Below are positions 36,799-49,727 of a DNA stretch of 64,000 nt, one piece after another. Both the position numbers and the translations under genes were made by a program. The notes under the pieces are model-generated. The model was not told where the DNA came from and did no database searches. It saw only the letters and a list, made by a program, of their open reading frames with translations. Source of the stretch: Macrostomum lignano (Eukaryota); the NCBI GenBank assembly GCA_002269645.1, contig NIVC01001245.1, positions 72,530 to 136,529 of the forward strand, in the 5' to 3' direction. Numbering within the stretch: position 1 is the stretch's first letter; each line of letters opens with the position of its first letter.

Positions 36799-38254
36799 AT
36801 GTACAACCCCTTACTGCAGGACACTTTACCCAATACTTCATCGCCTATCGTGGCCTTGAGCTCAGATGCTGCCGATGCAGAACCGTCGCAGTCTTCGCCT
36901 ATCATCAGTGACAATAACAACCCTGAGTATCAAATCAGCTCGAACAACAGCGACCGGCGATTCCGCCAGCAGCTCGTGCAGTCTCAAGCCAGCGGCACAC
37001 CGGCAGCAGTTTTCATTGGCAGCAGCTTTTCCAGTCCGCACTGTCGCTACTGCCTCGGCGGCCGGTCGCTGTCCTTGAACTGCAGCGACCAAGCGGACGA
37101 TCATCGGGTCGGCGAGTCGCTCGTCGGTCCCTGCCTCTGCAAAGGCACGATGGGCCTGGTGCACCCCGGCTGTTTAACTCGCTGGCTGCAGCTCAGCCGC
37201 AAGCACAGGTGCGAACTGTGCGGCTTTGATCTGCGTCAGTGCGACCAGCAGCTGATGCCGGAGCTGGCGCAGGCGGCCGCCGATGCCGCCGCAGCTGCCG
37301 CCGCCGCCAGGAGCGAAGCCGCAGCAGAGGCTGCCACCACAGCCGCGCAGGGCGAAGCATCCGCTGATGGGTCGACTGTGGCACCGAACTGGTGTACATG
37401 GCTGCGACAACCGGACCAGGTGAAAATTGCACTTTTTTGCTTTACTTTAAATGATTTTATTCTTTTTAGGTGGCGGTTTGAGCAAAGGAAGATCTAAGGT
37501 CAGCTGGTCTCAACTCAGCAGAAAACGTACTGAGTACTTGCGTAACGTCTAGGCTATTGTAATCCGTACTATTATAAATCACTAGTTTTAAGAAGCTGTC
37601 GCAGTATACGACCGTACAAGGAATTAGCGGCATAGCAACTAGTGAGGATTTACAAAAAGACAGTTTCAGAAGCTGTAAAAGCTTTGCCAGATGCTCAAGA
37701 TGCTCAATAAGCGCGAGCGACTCGACCCGTGATATTTGAAATTTTGAAATTCAAGCTTTTCTTTCCTACTTTTCTTAGAACTGCAGTTCATCACAATTAA
37801 AAAATGGGATGACACGACGCAACAGTAAACTGCCTGACAGTGAGTTATTCAGGGTAGCTGTACGTCACAAATTGACCCCGTGTGAAGCTACAGAATGAGA
37901 TGCTCAACTTTTTCAACAATGAGTTTCAATAAGTTGAAAAGTTTTGCTTTTTTGACTGAATTTTTTCGTCAGGTCTGCTGTCTGGCTGTCACAATATGCT
38001 GCTTGGCCGTGGCGGTTCCGCTAATCGGTGTGCTCATCTTTTTTATCGCCGATCTACGCCAGGAAGAGACGAAGCAGAGCAACGGCTATCAGCTGGTGCT
38101 CTTCGAACTGCTGACGGGCTTCGTCAGCGTTGGCGTCATCATCTGGATTGTCTACGGAGCCGCCACCTGCTGGCGCCGATACCAGAGCTGGCGAATGGAG
38201 CTGACTGTTCAGCGCGAGATGACTGTCATTGTGGCACTGGAAGAGGGATCCTGA
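36799..38254 (+). CDS. MARCH-family RING-CH (RINGv) membrane E3 ubiquitin ligase; join(36799..37419,37973..38254), 300 aa
   Basis: C4HC3 ring (CRYC...PCLCKGTMGLVHPGCLTRWL...CELC) followed by two TM helices; phase-0 GT-AG intron. Confidence 0.9.
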
Positions 38255-39064
38255 GGGAGAGAGTGCGTGTGTTTGTGCGTGACCGATGACTCAGCAGACT
38301 TCGATGACTTTATTAAACTCGATTGCATTGATTAGTGAAGCTTTCTGACTTGATTCTTTAGCCAAATAACAGTACATGACGTTGCTAATGTACTCTTGAC
38401 GTCTGTCATACTGGTACGCTCATGGCGGATTTTAGTTTTAATCTTCTTCACTTAATCGCTAGACTAGAAAACTATTTAGAATATTGTTTCTTTAGAAATT
38501 ACTGTTGCAGAAATTCTAACAATACTACTCCAAACTGTTTTTAAAAGTAGAGAGTCTCGAAAAAAATAAGTAAAACTCTTTGCAGAAGATTTGCTTTTGA
38601 CTTTTGAACTCCTCGTTATAACAAGCTCAAGGTAGTGATTTCATGTATCTTAGCTTGCTCTGTGGATTTTAAAGGCTTATATTTACATTTAAATCCGTCG
38701 CTTCTATTATAAAATCGTTTCTTAATATACCTGCAGAATTTTCGGCGTGACTCTTGTGTGCTGGCTTCTTAAACTTCTACTTCCAACGATTAGCCTAGCT
38801 CAATTTTGCGTCACATGCGTAATTTTGATTACGAACGAAATCATAGCAAAAACTTTGCGACAGACCTTCCCCTTCTCGCCAAATATATTTAGCAACGATG
38901 ATATTATTTACAGACATCGATTTCTTAAGAAGTTAAAGCTAAATCAAAGAGATAATTTTTGTTGCTTTTTATTTACTATTGCTTTTGCAGCCTATTTGGG
39001 CTTACGCGCATTTAATTTAATTTAAGATACGTTTGCCAATGTAGTGGAGCTTTTGTCTATGGTA

Positions 39065-39638
39065 GCAAGGCTGCATTTACTTTGATCCAACAAACATCAA
39101 TTTGGTCCATAGCTTCAATTGCAACTGCTGTGGAGGAGCAAGATCAGCCCCAGAATTGTGGATCATATGCTGGGCTGTCGAACGAATGCCCCATTGGCTT
39201 GTGATCGAAGCAATCGACAGAAGTGAACACCCAAATGACATTGCAAGGTTTCTGAATGTAAAATATGGTTTACAGCATCCAGCAGCGCTTTGAAACCACT
39301 GGCAGCAGAGATCGCCTGCGAAGGGGTGGCAATCGCCAAGGCAAGTTGCTCGAGAGCCTCAGATCCAACTCGATGCAGTTGAGACGAACCCTTTGTTGAT
39401 ACTGCAGAAAATGCAGCAGAAGTTGAAGGAAAAGTTCCAGTTGGTTATCAGATTTCGACCAGGAGCAGAGCTCTGGAAAAGTGACTGAAAAGTGTTGCTA
39501 GAGACGCTGACATTCCAGCAGTACGAAACAACCTGCAGACAGTTGCAAGAGGGTAAGAGTTTGTCCAATGGCTAACGAGCGTTTTGGACCAAATTGATAC
39601 TTGTTGGACCAAATGAAATGCCGCTGTGCCAGCCTTGC
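39065..39638 (+). mobile_element. Non-autonomous Tc1/IS630-like DNA transposon (574 bp)
   Basis: About 50-bp TIRs (GCAAGGC...ATCAATTTGGTCCA); TA on both flanks; frameshifted paired-HTH remnant (VIEAIDRSEHPNDIARFLNV...RFETTGS...RGGNR). Confidence 0.8.
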
Positions 39639-40119
39639 TACTATAGACAAAAGGCTCCGTTACATTGCTATGCACTTTTGGTGACAATAACACGCGCGTG
39701 GGATGCGTGTTAATGTCATTTTGGACATTAACACGCAACGGCAATTTAAACAATAACAAAGGGTAAATTTTAATTTTTTATGTTAGAAAAACATCAAAAA
39801 CTGTTCAACAAAGAAATCGTATGTTAATCAGTTAATACCAGGCCTACACAGAAACGTCACTCAAAAAGAATATCGATCAGATTGCGACTGCCGCCAATGG
39901 TCACTTCCATCTTCTTTGACGGAGCAGCCTGCACACGTAGTGCGCCGTCGGTCTGGACAGGCTCTTGATAAACATCCGCACATTCCTCCAACGTAGCCTC
40001 GCTTATTGTGATTGGATTTTGGACGAGCTAGCTTAACGATCTTATTGACATTAGTTTCAGAAACTGTATGATTCAGCGCCTGATCCACAGCCAGAGATTA
40101 TACAAACTGCGATCACGAC

Positions 40120-40440
40120 GCCTCGATAAATAGCGCTTAACAGTTCGCTCACACTTTCGCCCAGTGATGAGCAAGATCTCCTGGATAGTCTGGCCACAGG
40201 CATCCAGGTGGCACGCTCTAGTTACTCTGCAGTTTAAGAAAATTTGGCAACTGATTTGTCAAATTCAGATTCAAATGTGTTCACAGAGACACATGAATAT
40301 GGTTGGGCAAAAGTACAGGTCAAACTATCTACCAAATGCAGCGGTCGGTGTACACCTTAGTAAGGCGTGCTTTCTCACTGACGTTCTTCATAAACCCAAG
40401 AAGATAGCGAAAGCCTCTAGCAGCTTTTCTCGGAGAATCT
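40120..40440 (-). pseudogene. Crypton-like (DUF3504-type) tyrosine recombinase C-terminal remnant with an intron
   Basis: LGFMKNVSEKARLTKVYTDRCI-[intron]-VTRACHLDACGQTIQEILLITGRKCERTVKRY matches the YTNHCIRAT...ITGHK...Y pattern; both His are Arg and the junction gives TGA. Confidence 0.65.
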
Positions 40441-40583
40441 ATAGCGGTTCGCTGCATCTTGACTGTCTAATGACCTTGGGCATGATCGAATGACGTGCAA
40501 ATCAAGTCGAATTCACCGGATGTTACTTCTGAAATCTCACCATTCGGCATGGCTCCGTAGTTAAATAGAGGAGGCAGAACTTC

Positions 40584-41043
40584 TGCCACTGTAGTTGGCT
40601 CTGCGTCAGCCATGGCGATTTCGTTTGCATAAATGAAAGATGCAAGCAATCAAATCTGCTGTCTTTCTACTCAACTCTCTTAAACCTTCTGTCTCCCTCT
40701 TTATGGGATCAAAAAACTACAGTGCATATTAATGTTATGCATAACATAACATTGCTATGCGCTTTCGTCTATGGCATTAGTTGGCGCCGGAAGGAGTCGA
40801 GGAGGGGGGAGAGTGAGAATGGGGGTGTGGGGGCGAAGCCCCCACTTTCTACAATGAAATTTAAATAAATTTTAGTCTATGGCCCACATCGACATTAATA
40901 TGCACTGTAGTTTTTTGATCCCATAAAGAGGGAGACAGAAGGTTTAAGAGAGCTGAGTAGAAAGACAGCAGATTTGATTGCTTGCATCTTTCATTTACGT
41001 AAACGAAATCGCCATGGCTGACGCAGAGCCAACTACAGTGGCA
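40584..41043. repeat. 152-bp near-perfect inverted repeat with about 156-bp spacer
   Basis: 40584-40735 is the reverse complement of 40892-41043. Confidence 0.92.
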
Positions 41044-41535
41044 CTCAAAAATAGTGCAGTAGAATATATCATTGGCAAACGTATCTTGGATTAAATTGAA
41101 TGCGCGAAGGCCCAAATGGGCTGCAAAAAGCTATTTTACTTGCGTGTCCAAAAGACTTGTAAATGTTTAAAGAGAGGTATGTTTACACCACAGATACTCG
41201 AATAACTAGTAGATACTCGTATAGTTATTCTGTTATCTGTGGTTGACAGCTTTTTATATTGACTGTAGATAATTAAACTATAACATGTGCTACATGCTTT
41301 TGTGACCGTGACTAATTAATGGGAATAATTATTTAACAATAGTAGGATTTGCTGAGGAAATTTCTCCCTGACATTCTTTGCTGTCTTCTAACGGATGAAA
41401 TTCGAGAACACGGACTAACTTTTTGTTGCGCACCTTCTTAAACAAGAACCAAGTCACCAGACCTCCGGACCGTCAAGAAATTCAACGATTCTGTTAAAAG
41501 GTCGGATTTTTTCCGTAATCGCTTGTGTATTCAGT

Positions 41536-41567
41536 CAAGGACTTCTAGACTAGACTAGAAGTCCTTG
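41536..41567. mobile_element. 32-bp hairpin insertion with 8-bp TSD (minimal hAT-like element or footprint)
   Basis: TATTCAGT-[CAAGGACTTCTAG-ACTAGA-CTAGAAGTCCTTG]-TATTCAGT. Confidence 0.7.
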
Positions 41568-44016
41568 TATTCAGTACTCCCCTGTGCGCCTTGCCTCAGT
41601 GCAGCCTTGCCAAGCCTCCAAATTTCATCAGCACGTCGACCACATGGTCTGCATCAACTGTAACTTCGTTGATCACTAGCCTTCACCCAGGCGGAGCTTC
41701 TGGACCTTCATCAGGTGGACTACGAGTATATAGGACCTTGGAACCATATTACGAATTTCCTCTGATGTCCCTGATCTGCTAGGTCAGCTACGTAATCCTC
41801 AACTAGTTTCTCAAGCATTCGGTCGGGCGGAAAAATAGTTTAGGATTCCTACCGTTAAAATATGTTACTTTCTCGGCTGTACACAGAAATAGCATAGGCA
41901 ACCTAAAATGAAGCATAGGAGCTTTCATGCGAACAATTTTGGTACGAGAGTAAAGGTGGAAAATTTTCTTATCGTAGCTGGCACTCAAAGAAAAGCTGCA
42001 ATTCATATTTGACTTTTGCTCAAAGAAGTCGCCGGTATGGAACGGACTGTTCTGAACTAATTGAAAAGGACTGCTGCTGGCTTCTGATTGCTAATTGCAT
42101 CGCCGTACAGTAATATCAGGGACCAAGTTCTTTTCGGTGTAAGAGACTACTAGTTTTGCAGTAATGCAGTGAACATTAATCGATCAAATTTTAAGCTTGA
42201 AAGCTTTAGAAAATTATATGGAAAATTCCAAACAACTTGGCCAGTTAGCAGTTTACCCCCCACTGTCAAGATGAATTCGGTAATTAATCATGCATAAACG
42301 GTCTGACTGACTCCCGGTGCGCGGCGAGGACATGTAAACATCCGCGATGGGATCTGATGGCATCTGCTGGTGACTTGAATCATTCTTCAACGCAGGGTCA
42401 AGTGCGGTTCGGTCTTTGACTACCCCAGTTACCCATCAGCCCCGGCAGCTACCCCAGACCCGCAGACCGAATGCAACTATTGTGTATCCAACAAAACTAT
42501 ACCCGAATTCCTATTTGGAAAAGTTTTGTCACGTGATTGAAAGAAAATTTTTGCGTCGCTTGGCTTTCGCTGGCTCGGAGCCATGGAGATCTATAACAAC
42601 AGAATCTGGAGAGCCAACTTAAAATTAAATAACGATATGGTTAGCAAAATGAATTCTCATTTAGTCTCAAATCGTACGTAGTCTATTCTGATTTTCATGG
42701 ATGTAGCCTGAGATACAACAATAGGAATAATGGGATTCCGTGTGACAGAGTAACACTTTTTTACACTACAACTTTAAGTCAAAACACAAGGAATAGGTTT
42801 TTCATAATTTCAATCTGACTGAGTTACTAAAAAATTGGTTTATCCAAGAAATTATGAAAAATTGCCGCCCCTCTGTTAATGAAATTAATGATTCGAAAAT
42901 TTTAGCACTCCAGATATTTGTTTTTAAGATCGCCTTGACAGAGATCGTGGAAAGATACCGGATGGGGGGTCGACCAGCCTGCAGGTTTAACAATCCAGCA
43001 TTTGGGACTCTCTCAATTATCTGCAGGGCACGGGGGACACGGGACTGGCCTGTGTGCGTATAGCGCCCACTGCAGACAGTTGTTGTCGTCCAGTAAAAAT
43101 AGTTAGGAGTAAATTTTTTTAATTTTCATACCAGCCATTCGGCTGCTTTCGGCGGCGCGTCAGCGCTCGTAAAAATTAGTCCGACATGACGCGAGAAACC
43201 TTTTCGTTTCGCGGAAAAAAGCGCCGTCGAAACGCTTCCATCTGTAAAATATGCTATTTTTGGAGAGTTTATGCTATGGGCGATCGGCACAGGGCCTAGA
43301 GGTCCAACAATAGTTCTGCTATTGTCAAAACCGCTGCAGACCAAGAGTTTGACAGCTATTGTAAAGCAGACTTTAATAGTTTCTGCGATGGCAGCCAATT
43401 CTATAATTAATTAAAGCTGGTCACTAACTGATCGCTTTATGACTGGATGCTTAGAACTAATTATGAACAATTCGGGCCCTAAGCCCTAAATTCGAACGAT
43501 TCAAAAACATTCAAGCTAAGTGCTGATTCAAGTATATGCAAGTCTATATAATTTTATTGCGTCATGCACACGGACTGCTGCAATTAGATTGGAGGTAATA
43601 AAAAAAGAGAAAAAACTTGCGAGGTAATTAACACAATTGTTAAACATGACTCAGCCAGTGCTTTGAAATTTTTAGACAACTGGAGAGTTAATCGTTGCTT
43701 AAGATGGGGAGTAGATATAATAGTGGGATAAGCCGATGAGGCAAGACTGCAGTGCCAGTGTGAGTTGCGTTCACCTTTAAAAAATTAACATGAGTACATC
43801 AAAGCAAATAGTGATCAGGGAATTACAAGGAAACAAGAGATAGATGACAACTTATTTCCTACACTAATTTTTAGCAAAAAATGATCAAAAGTCTGGTTTA
43901 ACTGACTGCTGCTATTGCTATTCGAAAGAGTCTTTAAAGAACTTATCAGAAAAACTTTAAATATGAACCCTTATGAGTTGGACGTCCGTAGCGAATCAAT
44001 AATAGATTCAAAGCAT

Positions 44017-45240
44017 TTACATCCGATACTTGGCAACTGGCATTATGACCATACAGACGCACACGTTGGTGAGCGTGAGACCGATGTACAGCGTCATGAA
44101 GAAGCAGTCCTGCCGCTGTAGTCCCTTATGCCGGCTGCTGCGAAGCCGACGCTCCTTTACCTTGGTCACCATCCCGTTGGTGTCCTCTGTATAGTAGGTG
44201 TTCGGCGTGTTGCCGCCAGTGAAATTGTTTCTGATAGCCAAAAATGTGAACAAAATCAGCAGTCCCATTTGGACCATGATGTAAATGCCTAGCAGCGGGA
44301 TTGTCTGCATGGACTTCGGCGCACTCGAACTGGTGATCATCACGTAGAGAGTCATGGTGAGCAGAATGGCAATCGACATGCTCACCCGATCTCCGGCTTC
44401 GTCAGCCAGAAACATGAGGCACACCATGAACGACAGCATGAAGAAGGGCACGACAATCACGAATATGTAATAGTACGGCTTGCGTCTGACTTCAATCTTC
44501 ACCTCGAAGTAGTCCCACATCTGGTTGACATTGTCGTCGAAGAAGTTTTTCTCCTCGATGCTGAAGCTGATGATGTCCCATTCGCTGACGAACTTTGATA
44601 TATTGGCCATGCGAATGTTACTTTTGGGCAGGTGGATGCGGTAGCTACCGCGGTAGCTGGTCCACGGTCCGAATTGAAAGTCGCATTTTTGTGAGTCGAA
44701 CGGAAAGAACATGACGTCAATGGGGCAGGCGACTGTTGTTACCAGATGGTAATATATGTAAACGGTTCCGTTGGGATACACAAGAGCTTCTACCGCCTTC
44801 AGCAGTCGAAAATCGAACTGGTTCTCTTTCTTGGTGTTGCTCAAACCGACATCCGGTATCCAGATGTAGTCGGCGGGTACTTTGATCACGTTCAGGTTGC
44901 CATACTCGCTCGCATTCCACACCAGGCGCGGGTCGAACCACAAAAAGGCCGTCCAGACTCCGATCTCTAGGATCTCCTTTTCGTCAAGTCCATAGAAGTG
45001 CAATATCTGGAAGCTCATGTTTACCTGACTGGTGTTGCTGCCAATGGCCGGATAAACGTAGCGTCCATTCTGGCCGAAGTTGGCCAGCAGTTTAGTAATA
45101 AGTCCAGCAATCCGGTCCTCCATGTCGAAGTTGTGCCTCTCAGCAACTGCTGCAGAGACTGTCGTCGACTGTTGCACAGACGTTACAAACAGACACAGCA
45201 GCAGAAATGGTGCACCAGCAACTACGGACAAATTCAGCAT
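44017..45240 (-). CDS. Intronless Cys-loop ligand-gated ion channel subunit (nAChR-like, non-alpha), about 407 aa from Met48 of the ORF
   Basis: Signal peptide; IWIPDV; Cys loop CPIDVMFFPFDSQKC; FGPWT; four TM helices; no vicinal Cys in loop C. Confidence 0.93.
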   Translation of the reverse strand: MLNLSVVAGAPFLLLCLFVTSVQQSTTVSAAVAERHNFDMEDRIAGLITKLLANFGQNGRYVYPAIGSNTSQVNMSFQILHFYGLDEKEILEIGVWTAFLWFDPRLVWNASEYGNLNVIKVPADYIWIPDVGLSNTKKENQFDFRLLKAVEALVYPNGTVYIYYHLVTTVACPIDVMFFPFDSQKCDFQFGPWTSYRGSYRIHLPKSNIRMANISKFVSEWDIISFSIEEKNFFDDNVNQMWDYFEVKIEVRRKPYYYIFVIVVPFFMLSFMVCLMFLADEAGDRVSMSIAILLTMTLYVMITSSSAPKSMQTIPLLGIYIMVQMGLLILFTFLAIRNNFTGGNTPNTYYTEDTNGMVTKVKERRLRSSRHKGLQRQDCFFMTLYIGLTLTNVCVCMVIMPVAKYRM

Positions 45241-46321
45241 TTTCGATTCGATATCTAAGGGTGCATTCAAAGAGTTCGACAGAGACTGGCCTGACGCGTC
45301 ACTTAACAGTAAATCAGATCGGTGTGAGACTTGCCAGCTGAATTGAAAGTCGCTTCCCTCCGGCCGAGATCTGAGAGCCAACAGCAGAAGCCTCTCCTTA
45401 TTTCAATCCGCTATATTCTCTATTTCCACTTCTCTCCCAGGCCTTCTCTTTGTTCCCCTCTCACTGGCGCCCTAATTTCGCCTGGCCCACTGCAGCGATG
45501 CGGAACAAATCAAAAGTTTCTGCCTCTCGTCTCTCCCCCTTTCTGCCGACCGCGTCGTCCACACTGCAGCGAAATGGCTTTTCTCGTCTTACTGCTTCAC
45601 ATTCGCTAGGGGCAGAGGCGCCGGCTGCCTGCGAGTGCATTGAGCTCGATGGCAAATGCGCAGCCCACTTACAGCTGTTCCTCTGCAGCCTAGTTTACGC
45701 GTTTGTTGCCACCAAGTGCAAAGATGAACAAAGTGCCGAAATATGTCATTCAATTGGATTGCTGTCTTACAACGCCACCGAAGCCTTCAAGCAAGCAAGT
45801 TTCCGTTCCTCAACTCTGAGAACGTGTCTTAATAGTTCAACGCATATTATTTAAGCTGTCGATAGCCTAGCGAGAGACTGTAGGGCTTTGTTTGTCATTC
45901 ATTGATCTAACGAAAAACTCCATACTGACTCGTGTTTGCCAAGACAAGAGCGGGGGAACAAGAGAGGGGAAACAGAAGCTTTTTAGGCGATAACATGGCG
46001 CTGAGAATGACTGAGCATGTAGGAGAGCTAAAGGAATGCTTTTGCTGCTGAGAGAAAGTGGACCGTTGAGGGACACGATTGGGAGCAGCTGGTTGGAGCA
46101 ACCAGAGATTCCCAAAGTATGCAAGGCATGCACATGCTGCAGTTCCCAAATAAGTAGTTTGATATACATTCTTCACTGTTTACAACAAATTCGGTTAGTT
46201 TCTTTGCAACGCTGAATAACTACTCGATGCCGGACTCATGCCTGATCCGAACAAAGTCGTTTACGAGAGATCTTTTATAGGATAAATTTACTAATTCGAT
46301 GCCTAAAGTTACGTTGTTTAA

Positions 46322-46602
<281 letters not shown>

Positions 46603-46963
46603 TTTTTTTTTATTAGAGGCAGGGGGTTGTGTGCACCCTGGCGCATTTTAAGCGACATAGGCACACAACCGGCGAGAGGCATTACTGCCCATTCCGCCGA
46701 CTCCCCTGAGCAGGCATACAAGCGCGCGGATACGTACGCAGGCACACACTCACACAGGAGTGTACAGCGGCCCTAACTTTATTTTATCGTTAGGCATGCA
46801 CACTTCATTGCGCCTTGGGGGGTTGGCTCTCAAGGCTGTTAATTGCACGAGCAGAGCCAAGCCGAGATTCCAATTCAGCCCCAAATTAATGTGACTGCAC
46901 TTGGAATCGAGCCTGGGTCGCTGGCACACCAGAGCCTGCGCTACCGCTGGGCTACGGCCCCCC
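46603..46963 (-). mobile_element. tRNA-derived SINE family B
   Basis: Minus-strand head GGGGCCGTAGCCCAGCGGTAG...GGCTCGATTCC; A-rich end running into (ATC)n; body homologous to about 50830-50975. Confidence 0.75.
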
Positions 46964-47006
<43 letters not shown>

Positions 47007-47624
47007 AATGATGATGATGATTATTATTACTATTGTTTTTATCCTTTTTATATTATTAAGAATTGATACTATTTTTGTCGGTATTGTTAGTAAAAATAAT
47101 TGTCTAAACAAACACAGAATGAAACAAAATTGTCAAATTTAATGTGCCCGTTCGTGTCTTTCCTACGGACTTGAAACCTCACTAATTAAGTCACTGCTTT
47201 GTCACTCAAGGTCTGCGAAAGACTACTCAAAAATACCCGGTACCTCATTCTACTAAAAGCAAGCATTCAAATCTGTTGAAGAACTCTGATCCGCCATTGT
47301 CCGTGACCCATCGCTGCCGGTTCACTTTTGAAGTCAGTTGCAATTTTAATTCTGCAATAATTGATGACAGTATTGTCCAAGTAACCATTTTCGATTTGAG
47401 ACAATCGTGTCCATTGTTCTCAAGCCATACAGCGGTTAATGGATTGTGAAGGAGATTTCCAATTAATTCTTTGTTAAAATCGATTTTAACGCATTTCAAA
47501 CTGGTAGTCTAGAAGTTTAATTAGTTGCAGAGTTTGTTAAAAGTACATTATATTTATGCACTAGAAAAGCGTTAAATTAAGTCACTGTATCCTTGTCTTG
47601 TTCAGTGACCTTTCTTTAAACAAA

Positions 47625-48776
47625 TTTTACCCAAGAGAATTTTACCCAACAGAATCTTAACCAAAAGAATTTCACCCCAGAAAAAATCTTGCCAAAGAGA
47701 ATCTTATGAAGCTTACCAAAGAGAATCTTACCCAAGAGAATCTTACCCAAGAGAATCTTACCCAACAGAATCTTACCCAACAGAATCTTACCCAACAGAA
47801 TCTTACCCAACAGAATCTTACCCAACAGAATCTTACCCAACAGAATCTTACCCAACAGAATCTTACCCAACAGAATCTTACCCAACAGAATCTTACCCAA
47901 CAGAATCTTACCCAACAGAATCTTACCCAACAGAATCTTACCCAACAGAATCTTACCCAACAGAATCTTACCCAACAGAATCTTACCCAACAGAATCTTA
48001 CCCAACAGAATCTTACCCAACAGAATCTTACCCAACAGAATCTTACCCAACAGAATCTTACCCAACAGAATCTTACCCAACAGAATCTTATGAATCTTAC
48101 CCAAGAGAATCTTACCCAACAGAATCTTATGAATCTTACCCAAGAGAATCTTACCCAACAGAATCTTATGAATCTTACCCAACAGAATCTTATGAATCTT
48201 ACCCAAGAGAATCTTACCCAAGAGAATCTTACCCAACAGAATCTTACCCAAGAGAATCTTACCCAAGAGAATCTTACCCAAGAGAATCTTACCCAAGAGA
48301 ATCTTACCCAAGAGAATCTTACCCAAAAGAATCTTACCCAACAGAATCTTACCCAACAGAATCTTACCCAACAGAATCTTACCCAACAGAATCTTACCCA
48401 AGAGAATCTTACCCAAAATAATCTTACCCAACAGAATCTTACCCAACAGAATCTTACCCAACAGAATCTTACCCAACAGAATCTTACCCAACAGAATCTT
48501 ACCCAACAGAATCTTACCCAACAGAATCTTAGCCAACAGAATCTTACCCAACAGAATCTTACCCAAGAGAATCTTACCCAAGAGAATCTTACCCAAGAGA
48601 ATCTTACCCAAGAGAATCTTACCCAAGAGAATCTTACCCAAGAGAATCTTACCCAAGAGAATCTTACCCAAGAGAATCTTACCCAAGAGAATCTTACCCA
48701 AGAGAATCTTACCCAAGAGAATCTTACCCAAGAGAATCTTACCCAAGAGAATCTTACCCAAGAGAATCTTACCCAA
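47625..48776. repeat. 15-bp satellite AGAATCTTACCCAA(C/G), about 75 units
   Basis: Blocks of C-type and G-type units with occasional 9-bp inserts. Explains the GKILL/NLTQQ ORFs. Confidence 0.97.
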
Positions 48777-49727
48777 ATCCACTGCGCTCTCCCCGCTCTC
48801 CAGGTGCGGATATCAATTGCACTTCAAATTTCCCACTCTGAGCACACCATGCCAGCTTACGCAGGCGACGGAATCCGAAATTGAAAAGCTTCCCTGGGTT
48901 TTGTTTTATTAATTAATATTTCGAGTATCTTGAGACTCTTCACACTCAGAGTAAGCCCTGCCAAAGTGTACAAAGATACGGAGAATGAGGTTGGCAAGAG
49001 TAGGCAGTCTGTGTTTGCAAAGCGCCACTCAGAGATCGTATATATGATGCTCGGTGGGCTGTACTGATCAACTTTCTGGCAGGGTGCAAAGAGGAACCTC
49101 TTTTTTGTTTGTACGACATGATTTATACTCTTGACATTTACCTAGACTTTAGTTATGATATGCTATGAGCAATGGAAGACACCGTCTTGGAACTGAAGTT
49201 CAAGAGGACAAACCAATTCAGCCACTAAGGTAAACAGGCTGATTTTTAGTATTGCAGGCTAAAAGAAATGCAGGCTTACCTAAAAAACAAAATAAAACAT
49301 AATTTGAAATGGCAAGCAAGAAAATTCTAAGGGTACTACTGTAGCGTATAAGTAGAACAATAGAAATATTTTGAAGTACTTTTCTAACTTTTGAAAAAGA
49401 CAAATACGGAAATAAAGGAAACTTATATAGAAACGTTGTTGTTTGTGCTAGATTTCATCAGACTTTCATTGAGTTTAACTCGCATTTAACTGACAATCAA
49501 TTTGGCAAAAAAAATTTTACAGCTTAAGATTCATAACATAAGTGTTTAAAATGAAATCAATAATTAATAAACAGGTATTATTTTGCAATTTTATTTCAAA
49601 TCGGAACATTTTTACACTACCTTATAGGTCAGTTTGGTACGAGCTGTGAGAGAAATTAAACAAATGTGTTATATGTTCAACTATGTTTTCGATAAGGCCT
49701 TCATTCCACAAGCCTTTCTGAGGCTAT

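Noticed and set aside
39861-40088. piggyBac C-terminal Cys-rich domain
   Set aside because: Cys spacing is only loosely similar, no DDD core or TTAA-bounded TIRs were found, and the adjacent sequence fits a tyrosine recombinase better.
47616-48884. 388/392-aa pentapeptide-repeat ORFs (GKILL, NLTQQ)
   Set aside because: Stop-free frames of a 15-bp satellite on both strands, with no unique coding flanks.
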